Shown: piece by piece, positions 54,487-61,769 of the stretch
Numbering within the stretch: position 1 is the stretch's first letter
Layout: each line of letters opens with the position of its first letter
NCBI GenBank assembly: GCA_002344125.1
Contig: DDTQ01000010.1
Location: 77,683-141,682, forward strand
Reading direction: 5' to 3'
Length of the DNA: 64,000 bases
Source of the DNA: Ignavibacteria bacterium UBA2360
GTDB taxonomy: Bacteria > Bacteroidota > Ignavibacteria > Tepidaquicellales > OLB5
Made by a program: the position numbers and the translations under genes
Notes under the pieces: generated by a model
Told to the model about the DNA's origin: nothing
The model's input: only the letters and a program-made list of their open reading frames with translations
The model's database searches: none

Positions 54487-55572
54487 TTATCTCCTCAAGA
54501 AGCTCGAAGCAATACTCGCCACATCAACAACATTCATACCCGATGCCATGTTTTTTACAGTATTGCCGCCTTTGCCTCCAAGAAAACTCTTTTTTGGCGC
54601 GGCAACAATTCCTGTGCCTTCTTCTATTTCGCCGCCATATCTGAACTTCTTATAACCCCACATCATAATAATTATACCGAATATCAGTGCAAAGATATAT
54701 ACAACCAGCGCCGCTTTCGCGCTGTCACCATCTCCAATTATACCGAAAATTCCAAAGAAAGTAACAAGATATGTCCCAACCGCTGTTCCAAAAATACCCG
54801 CAACAGCGCGGTATAAATTATTACCCGGCGCCTTGCCGTAACATATCGTACCATCTTCGCCATCTACCACTACCTGGTAAGTTCTGCCTTTATATAAATA
54901 TCTTACTACCCATAACGGGTAATATACTATAGATACATTAGGTCTGACAAGATCGTTATGCTGAAACGTGATCTGATCAACCTTAACGGAATTAACAGCC
55001 TCATTTACAAACTGTTCCTTAGCTATATCGGTCACTTCACGTTCAGATGAAATAATATTAAAAAGCATTCCCTCTGATTGCAGCTCTTCAAAATTTATGG
55101 GACGCATTTCATCGCCTGCAAGGTTTACCTTGCGCACGCCAAGCTCCGCGACATCACATGCCGCAAATGTCCTGTCAAACGGTTTCTGAATTTTGCGCTC
55201 AACATCAACATAATATGTAGTTGTCCTGCCGTTAACCGTTTGCGTGCGGCGCTCTTTTCCGAATACCCAGCCAATAACATCAGCTCTTACGCGCCAATAG
55301 GGTATGTAAACCAAAAACGCGTCATCAATCTTTGCGTCATTTTTCAGCCCGCGCGCCTTGGCAAGTCCCTTGCCAAGCCAATTGAACATATTCTGTATAG
55401 CTATATTCCGCTGTATCTTTCTCGGAACGTAATACTTAACAACGCCATCTACACCTTTTGTCAGCAAAAGAGTGCCGCAGTACTTGCAGTTGAAAGTTTT
55501 TACTCCTTCTCTTAAGTCAAGTTCTCCTGCGCAGGCGGGACACGTTATTCCTTTTAATACTTTTTCAGCCAA
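54487..55572 (-). CDS. Zinc-ribbon membrane protein paralogue 2 (two C-proximal TM helices + Gly-rich tail)
   Basis: CPAC-x14-CKYC. Motifs FLVYIPYWRV and SIVYYPLWVVRYLYKGRTYQVVVDGEDGTI. TMs LYRAVAGIFGTAVGTYLVTFFGIFGIIG and AALVVYIFALIFGIIIMMWGY. TTG is the only available start. Confidence 0.7.
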   Translation of the reverse strand: MAEKVLKGITCPACAGELDLREGVKTFNCKYCGTLLLTKGVDGVVKYYVPRKIQRNIAIQNMFNWLGKGLAKARGLKNDAKIDDAFLVYIPYWRVRADVIGWVFGKERRTQTVNGRTTTYYVDVERKIQKPFDRTFAACDVAELGVRKVNLAGDEMRPINFEELQSEGMLFNIISSEREVTDIAKEQFVNEAVNSVKVDQITFQHNDLVRPNVSIVYYPLWVVRYLYKGRTYQVVVDGEDGTICYGKAPGNNLYRAVAGIFGTAVGTYLVTFFGIFGIIGDGDSAKAALVVYIFALIFGIIIMMWGYKKFRYGGEIEEGTGIVAAPKKSFLGGKGGNTVKNMASGMNVVDVASIASSFLRR

Positions 55573-55614
55573 TTTACAATAAAATTATAGATTCGATTAT
55601 TATTTTTACTCATT

Positions 55615-55655
55615 TCCCCCCTCTCCTCTCAGGAGAGGGGATGGGGGTGAGGTTT
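55615..55655. repeat. CCCCTCTCC-loop-GGAGAGGGG..GGGGTGAGG repeat module between zinc-ribbon genes 1 and 2
   Basis: cccccctctcctctcaggagaggggatgggggtgaggtttt, ending 5 nt from the stop of 55660..56463. Confidence 0.8.
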
Positions 55656-55659
55656 TAAT

Positions 55660-56463
55660 TTACACTTTCTTCGCTATCACATACGCCATCACTATCAGAG
55701 GTATTGATACAAGACCGTAAGCGAATATCTTAAAGAACTCCGCTGTAAGCAAAGCTTCTTCTATGTAGCTGCTGTTTAGTGCGAAACCTATTACGTAACA
55801 CAATATACTGGTTATCACAAAAGCGGCAATGCTGAGTCCAAATAGAATTCTGAACGGTGCTTCGCTCTTTGCGGGATAGATATTTGAGTACACTTGTCCC
55901 GAGGAAGCTTCAACCAGCGCAGTGTAACTCTGCCCGCCAAAATTGTAATAAAACTGGTAGAACGGTATGTGAACCAGTGCGGCTTCTTTGACAATATCAA
56001 GGCTTACGCCGGAACCCTGCAGCCATGCCTGGGCTGAATCATACAGCACATCCGGCTTTACGATCTCATGGTCATTGTGGATATTTTTATCATAGAACTT
56101 AAGTGCACCGGCAGGTATCTGCAGCTTCTTTATCTCAGAAACGGATGTGCTTGCCGCAGGCTGCAGAAATATCTTGTCACCTGAGCCGTCCTTGGTCTTA
56201 AAGTACCACACAGGGAAGTAATAGAACTCAGTCTTTACTATCTGCGCTTTCTGGTCAAGATCTTTAACAGTATGATTACCCGACATCCAGCGTTTTAAAT
56301 TGCCTTCTGCCTCATTGGGTTTGAAGTTTGAATGTATAAGGTAATGGAATACTACTTTTCTTTTATCTAAAAATAAAGCCGATGCGCAAAAAGGACACTC
56401 TATGAAAGTTTCATCCTGTTGTACTGTAACATCAGCTCCGCATTGTGTACATTTTATTTGCAT
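55660..56463 (-). CDS. Zinc-ribbon membrane protein paralogue 1 (two C-terminal TM helices)
   Basis: CTQC-x14-CPFC. Motifs FYYFPVWYF and ALVHIPFYQFYYNFGGQSYTALVEASSGQV. TMs FRILFGLSIAAFVITSILCYVIGFAL and FFKIFAYGLVSIPLIVMAYVIA. Confidence 0.75.
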   Translation of the reverse strand: MQIKCTQCGADVTVQQDETFIECPFCASALFLDKRKVVFHYLIHSNFKPNEAEGNLKRWMSGNHTVKDLDQKAQIVKTEFYYFPVWYFKTKDGSGDKIFLQPAASTSVSEIKKLQIPAGALKFYDKNIHNDHEIVKPDVLYDSAQAWLQGSGVSLDIVKEAALVHIPFYQFYYNFGGQSYTALVEASSGQVYSNIYPAKSEAPFRILFGLSIAAFVITSILCYVIGFALNSSYIEEALLTAEFFKIFAYGLVSIPLIVMAYVIAKKV

Positions 56464-56471
56464 TTTTTCAA

Positions 56472-56650
56472 CTCTGAGCGCAGCGTCTGCCTTATAGTGC
56501 TATGCACGAGAAGGAAGAGTCTCTTCGCTATTAATGTAATACTTTAATAAAAAAATGAATTGACACGACCTCTTGACTGCCACTGCAGTTTAGGTCGTGG
56601 ATACTAGAACCAAAAAATAACCGGGGCTTTCTCCGAAGGAGTGCCTTTGG
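56472..56650. repeat. Repeat mosaic in the 360-nt spacer between the SPFH gene and zinc-ribbon gene 1; bounds approximate
   Basis: ctctgagcgcagcg..gaaggaagagtctc (56472-56524). cacgacctcttgactgccactgcagtttaggtcgtg (56564-56600) plus ccggggctttctccgaaggagtgcctttggcaagccc, similar to 19674-19745. Confidence 0.75.
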
Positions 56651-56771
56651 CAAGCCCAAGTTTAACATCAAATATCTAAAATAATGAAAGTTCTGAATAA
56701 TAGAAATGATTTCTTTATTCTTAAAACACAGTAGCACAGAAATTTGCTTGACCTTTAGGTCTGTCTGTGTA

Positions 56772-56808
56772 TAATAAAATTAAGAAGGACAGACAAAAAT
56801 GTCTGTCC
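56772..56808 (-). terminator. Terminator-like hairpin 17 nt after the SPFH stop (possibly partial/attenuating)
   Basis: Minus strand: ggacagac-attttt-gtctgtcc followed by ttcttaattttattat (T-rich but interrupted). Confidence 0.45.
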
Positions 56809-56824
56809 CACTATTAATTTGTTC

Positions 56825-57838
56825 TTACAGTTTCGAAAGCAGATCTTTTTTCTTTGTATCAAATTCCTCCTGGGTCAGCGCGCCTGCATCCTTAAGCTTT
56901 GCGAGCTTTTCTATGGTTGCAAGTACATCATCCTGTGACTGCTGAACAGGTGCCTGCTGGTTGTTCTGCTGCTGGTTCTGTGGATTCTGCTGATTCTGCT
57001 GCATGGAACCCATCATCATGTTAGCCATTGTCATACCGGCTCCCAAGCCAACACCTAAACCTGCTGTGCCGCCTGCGCCTTCATTTTCCGCCGCTTTTTC
57101 CATTGCCATAGCGGTCTTGAATTTCATATAGTTATCCAGATTTCCGATAGCGCCCATTGAGCTTCTTTCGTTGATCTTTTCCTGTACTTCATCCGGCGGA
57201 ACTATACCTACTATTATTAGATCCGTCAGCTCAATACCCATTGCATTGAAGAAATCTGTGACTTCTGCCTTTATGCCGGTCTCTATCTGCGGATAGTATT
57301 GGCCCAGATCAAATACTGTTTTCAGATTCTTGCCGAGTACTGTATTTAATTTAGATACAATTGAATCCCTTAAGTAATCTTCAATCTCATTTGTGGTATA
57401 TTTACCCTGTGTACCGACTATTTCATTAATAAAAAGCTGGGGATCCTTAACCCTCATTGAGAATTTACCCGAAGCCCTCAACTGAACGAATGATAATTCA
57501 GTATCGCGGAAGTTAATGGGTGATTTGGTTCCCCATTTAAGATCAATGAATTTCTTCATTGATACATAATATACCTGCGCCTGGAACGGTGAGTTAAACC
57601 CGAATGGCAGTGAAAGCAGTTTAGTTAAGAATGGAATGTTAGCCGTTGTTAATGTATGGCGGCCCGCGCTGAATACATCAAGCGCTTTTCCGTCTTTGTA
57701 AAATACCGCTGCCTGCGTATCCTGCACAATAAGCTGCGCGCCCATTTTAATATCTGTGGAACCGGCCTGCGGTTCGCGGTGAACCAGCTCTTTGCCTGAT
57801 TCATCAAAAAATTGGATTATCTCTAATGCATTACCCAT
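56825..57838 (-). CDS. Soluble SPFH (band-7) domain protein of the YdjI/COG4260 type with Q/N-rich linker and C-terminal SHOCT domain
   Basis: N-terminus [60 protein letters not shown] is typical of TM-less SPFH proteins. It is followed by [43 protein letters not shown], then [29 protein letters not shown] (SHOCT consensus). Confidence 0.8.
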   Translation of the reverse strand: MGNALEIIQFFDESGKELVHREPQAGSTDIKMGAQLIVQDTQAAVFYKDGKALDVFSAGRHTLTTANIPFLTKLLSLPFGFNSPFQAQVYYVSMKKFIDLKWGTKSPINFRDTELSFVQLRASGKFSMRVKDPQLFINEIVGTQGKYTTNEIEDYLRDSIVSKLNTVLGKNLKTVFDLGQYYPQIETGIKAEVTDFFNAMGIELTDLIIVGIVPPDEVQEKINERSSMGAIGNLDNYMKFKTAMAMEKAAENEGAGGTAGLGVGLGAGMTMANMMMGSMQQNQQNPQNQQQNNQQAPVQQSQDDVLATIEKLAKLKDAGALTQEEFDTKKKDLLSKL

Positions 57839-57916
57839 GTTAGTTATTTCCTTCTATATTGTTTAATTTATTCTCTTTTATTTTTGTAAAATTAATCATT
57901 TGCATATTTAAATACA

Positions 57917-57975
57917 ATTATAGAACTGTAAAAATTCCCCTTTGTTTCAGGAAAAATTTACCCTTTTGTTTCAGG
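57917..57975 (-). promoter_or_regulatory. Candidate promoter (-10 TATAAT) with two 15-nt direct repeats immediately upstream, 5' of the SPFH gene
   Basis: Minus strand: CCTGAAACAAAAGGG-N9-CCTGAAACAAAGGGG-N14-TATAAT. TATAAT is at 57922-57917, 79 nt upstream of the ATG. Confidence 0.3.
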
Positions 57976-58326
57976 TTTTTGATGTGAAAAATCCTAAAAT
58001 TGCTCAGTTTTGCCCTCCTTGGTGTTTGCACAACTTAATTCTCTTTTAGACACAAAGACTCAAAGAACGTAGAGTTACTCAATGTAAATCGATTATCATT
58101 GGATAAATTTATAGAAAATTCATAACTATTAACCCCGTCATTTATGACGGGGTATTTAAAATATCCAACGTGTGGGCTTTAGCCCTGAAGGAAGTTTTTC
58201 GCTGGCCTGAGTAGAAAAATTTGATTCTTAGTCCTCACCTTTGGGATGATTTAGATGGATTAGCTTCAAAATTGCTATTAATTTTAAACATTTGTATTTT
58301 GCGGGGTTAAAATTAAAGCGTAATAT

Positions 58327-59748
58327 ATGGAACAAAAGCATTCTTTAATACGGAAGTTAGGGCTCTTCACAGCCGTTACTATTGTAATTGGCTCTATGAT
58401 CGGCTCCGGTATATTCAAGAAGTCCGCTTCGATGTCCGGGGAGCTTGGCGCGCCGGGGATAATTCTCGCTATCTGGCTGATTGCGGGTATTATTAGTCTT
58501 ATCGGTGCTCTAACAAACGCCGAAGTTGCAGGTATCCTGCCTAGGGCAGGGGGACAGTATGTGTACTTCCGCGAAATGTATGGTAACTTTACCGCTTATC
58601 TGTATGGCTGGGCAATATTTGCCGTGATACAGACAGGCTCAATTGCATCTATTGCATACGTGTTCAGCGGGTACTTTGAGTACTTTTTCCCGACCCCGCA
58701 TCTCTCACCGGAATGGGAGGCATGGGGATTCTCGCTGCAGTGGGGCGAGCAGGTAATCCTTGACCTGTACCCGCTTAAGGATATTGGTTTAAAGATGCTT
58801 ACCATCGCTTTAATAATGTTCCTTTCAACAGTAAATTTCTTCGGTGTTGCATTCGGCGGCATTGTGCAGAATGTATTTACCATACTCAAGAATATAGCAA
58901 TTGCATTCATAGTCGTACTGGCGCTTACTATGGGAGCCGGTTCTGTGGCAAATTTCTCGCCGTTTGTTAATTCAGCCTTCCAGTATCCTTCGGGGAGTCT
59001 GTTAGGTGGAATCGTCCTCGCTCTAAGCGGCGCGTTTTGGGCGTATGACGGGTGGAATAACATAACATACCTTGGGGGAGAAGTAAAAGACGCTCAGCGG
59101 AATATTCCAAAGGCTATGATTTTCGGAATGTCATTTGTGATAGCCGTTTACCTGCTGGTAAACCTTGCGTACTTTTACGTTCTGCCTGTTGAGACAATTG
59201 CCGGCTCATCATTTCTGGCAAGTGATGTTATGCAAAAAGCGGTTGGCGGATGGGGCGGCGCGTTTGTAGCAATCGCTGTACTTATTTCGACCTTCGGCAC
59301 AACAAATGGTACAATATTGGTAAGTGCCAGAGTCTATTACGCTATGGCGAAAGACGGCTTGTTCTTTAAGAAGCTCGAAGACGTTCACCATAAATATAAA
59401 ACCCCGGGTACTTCAATTATTATTCAGGGTATTTGGGCGAGCTTGATTACTATGACGGGTACATTTGATCAGCTGACCGATATGCTGATATTTGTTTCAT
59501 GGATATTTTACGGTATGGGCGCCTACGGAGTGTTTGTGCTTCGCAAAAAGATGCCCAATGCTGATCGTCCTTATAAAGCTTTCGGCTACCCGATACTGCC
59601 GGCATTCTTCGTGCTATTTTCGGCGTTCTTCGTTGGATTCAGTATTTGGTACAATGTCCGCAACGCTGTATTTGGTATGCTTCTGGTGGCAATAGGTATT
59701 CCGCTGTATTATTATTTTAACAAGCAGAAGCGCGAAGCAAAAGCATAG
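58327..59748 (+). CDS. APC-superfamily amino acid permease
   Basis: 12 TM. The N-terminal KLGLFTAVTIVIGSMIGSGIF motif is typical of APC transporters. Confidence 0.85.
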   Translation: MEQKHSLIRKLGLFTAVTIVIGSMIGSGIFKKSASMSGELGAPGIILAIWLIAGIISLIGALTNAEVAGILPRAGGQYVYFREMYGNFTAYLYGWAIFAVIQTGSIASIAYVFSGYFEYFFPTPHLSPEWEAWGFSLQWGEQVILDLYPLKDIGLKMLTIALIMFLSTVNFFGVAFGGIVQNVFTILKNIAIAFIVVLALTMGAGSVANFSPFVNSAFQYPSGSLLGGIVLALSGAFWAYDGWNNITYLGGEVKDAQRNIPKAMIFGMSFVIAVYLLVNLAYFYVLPVETIAGSSFLASDVMQKAVGGWGGAFVAIAVLISTFGTTNGTILVSARVYYAMAKDGLFFKKLEDVHHKYKTPGTSIIIQGIWASLITMTGTFDQLTDMLIFVSWIFYGMGAYGVFVLRKKMPNADRPYKAFGYPILPAFFVLFSAFFVGFSIWYNVRNAVFGMLLVAIGIPLYYYFNKQKREAKA

Positions 59749-59862
59749 AACACGGATTTATAAAAAAAGCAGAACACGGATTAAACTGATTAGACTGATG
59801 TACGCTGATAGATTTCAGTGTAATCCGTGTAGATCAGTTCCATCCGTGTCATCCGTGTTCTA
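59746..59862. repeat. 117-nt element bounded by perfect 12-nt inverted repeats (TAGAACACGGAT / ATCCGTGTTCTA) with internal ACACGGAT/ATCCGTGT copies
   Basis: The left arm at 59746-59757 starts with the permease TAG stop; the right arm is at 59851-59862. Inner pairing is acacggatt (59774-82) with aatccgtgt (59822-30). Confidence 0.85.
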
Positions 59863-59890
59863 TTAAACACCCGCATTTACACAAAACCAA

Positions 59891-60286
59891 ATGAATTCAG
59901 CTAATCAGCTTAACACATTACGAAAGATACTCATTTACCTGCAATTTCCGGTGTACATACTTGCGCTCAAGTTTGTACTATCGTTCTTCTTCAAAGTTGA
60001 TGGAGATTCACAAACAATTGAAAGTCTTTTCAACTATCTGTTGTGGGCATTTGTATTTACTTTCATTGCATCGGGAATTGTATCGGTTGTAATGTTAGTA
60101 TTGGCTTATGCCAAAAACAGTGTCCTGCTGTTTTTAGCCGTGTCTATAGCTCTATTGGCAATTTTTTATACATACCTGTTTAACTTTGCGGGTCACTTTA
60201 TGTTCATAATAATACCCCTGATTGTTGTCCTGTACCATGTTGTCATTTTTACAGTTTTTGCAGCTCCCTTGCCCTCCAAAAATTAA
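59891..60286 (+). CDS. Integral membrane protein (4 TM), function unknown
   Basis: Hydrophobicity pattern only. Confidence 0.55.
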   Translation: MNSANQLNTLRKILIYLQFPVYILALKFVLSFFFKVDGDSQTIESLFNYLLWAFVFTFIASGIVSVVMLVLAYAKNSVLLFLAVSIALLAIFYTYLFNFAGHFMFIIIPLIVVLYHVVIFTVFAAPLPSKN

Positions 60287-60388
60287 TCTTTCCCTGAAAT
60301 TTCCATAAAATCTATCAGTTTGGCAGTTTTTAATAATATATGTTTATAATAACATTTTATATCATACTATTTTATCTTATACTTAAGT

Positions 60389-61405
60389 ATGCAATTGGAT
60401 AAGAAATTACAGGAAAGAGAAAAAGAGCTCGAAGCATTTCACCGGGTAAGTGAAATATTATATACTTACGATGGTAATATCAAAGAAGTCATTCAGAAGA
60501 TTTTACTGGTTATCACCGGCGCATTCCAGTATCCTGAAATTACGGCTGCATCTTTCTCATATGATAATATAAGTGTTCAAACTGATAATTATAAAAGCAC
60601 AGGCAGGGCATTAAAAGCGGAATTCACAGCCCAGCAAAAAACCGGCTGCATCGAAGTGGTTTATCTTAGAAAAATGCCAGATGCAGATGAAGGACCATTT
60701 CTGAAAGAAGAAAAAAAATTGCTGGGGTCGCTGGTAAAACTCATCGGTATGTATTTTGAAATGAACGCAAAGAATATTATCCTTGATGTAAACGTTAAAG
60801 AAAAAGAATTGCTGCTTAAGGAGATCCACCACCGTGTAAAAAATAACCTGCAGATAATTAACAGCCTGATGAGACTGCAGTCAAACATGATAACCGAAGA
60901 GAACACGAAGGATGTTTTCAAAACAACAGAGAACCGGATCAAAGCGATCTCGCTCATTGAAGAAAAACTGTTCCGCTCCGCCAATATTAAAAGCATTGAT
61001 TACAGTGAGTGCTTCACACAGTTAACTGAACAAATTCTCAGCGCATATAAAGCGCACAAAAAGAAGATCACATATTCCTTGGATTTCATGGATTTTGGTA
61101 TCAGTATCAACAGGGCTATTCCACTGGCTCTTATTATCAATGAGCTCATTACCAATTCAATTAAACACGCTTTCAAAGATCTGCCTGGGGGGAATATTTC
61201 TATCAGCTTTAAATGTGAAAGCGGCAATTGCCGCCTTGAGTATATTGATAACGGACGCGGGTTAAATAAAGATTTCGATGCAGGTAATCCCCGCAGACTT
61301 GGATACATGCTCATAAACGCATTGACCTCTCAACTTGATGGTGGGTTTAGCATTGAAAACAAAACAAATGGCTTCAAATTTACTCTTAATTTCCCGGTAA
61401 ATTAG
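60389..61405 (+). CDS. Cytoplasmic sensor histidine kinase, HisKA_2/HWE-type
   Basis: H-box EIHHRVKNNLQIINSLMRLQ, N-box LIINELITNSIKHAF, G-box DNGRGL. No TM, and no response regulator nearby. Confidence 0.8.
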   Translation: MQLDKKLQEREKELEAFHRVSEILYTYDGNIKEVIQKILLVITGAFQYPEITAASFSYDNISVQTDNYKSTGRALKAEFTAQQKTGCIEVVYLRKMPDADEGPFLKEEKKLLGSLVKLIGMYFEMNAKNIILDVNVKEKELLLKEIHHRVKNNLQIINSLMRLQSNMITEENTKDVFKTTENRIKAISLIEEKLFRSANIKSIDYSECFTQLTEQILSAYKAHKKKITYSLDFMDFGISINRAIPLALIINELITNSIKHAFKDLPGGNISISFKCESGNCRLEYIDNGRGLNKDFDAGNPRRLGYMLINALTSQLDGGFSIENKTNGFKFTLNFPVN

Positions 61406-61522
61406 AACCTGTAAATGTATGTTACCAAAAACTGCTGTTTATATAGTATCCACGAAATTGCTAAATCTGTTTAAACAGACAAATAACCATGTTATGCTTC
61501 ATTCCATTAATGGAATGGGACA

Positions 61523-61769
61523 CTTATCTAATCAGCACCATTTTTTTGGCTTCATAGTATTTACCAGCAGAGATAGTGTAGAAGTAAATTCCGCTTGAAA
61601 AAATTTCCGCGTTCCAATCAACCCTGTATGAACCCGCCGTCAGATTCTGGTCAACTAATACCGCAATAACTTTACCCTGTGAATTGTACACTGTTAATTT
61701 TACAACAGATTCTTTTGGAATATCAAAATCTATATTAGTTTTTGGATTGAATGGATTTGGGAAATTTTG
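61523..61769. repeat. 247-nt segment duplicated at 63421-63667 (3' ends of the tandem paralogues)
   Basis: 112 nt with 1 mismatch, then a 40-nt patch with about 12 mismatches, then 95 nt identical (offset 1898 nt). Confidence 0.9.

Noticed and set aside
57937-57975. Calling the TGAAAC repeats a bona fide ECF/sigmaW-type promoter
   Set aside because: No CGTA/CGTC-like -10 element sits 16-17 nt downstream of either TGAAAC. They are reported only as candidate regulatory repeats.
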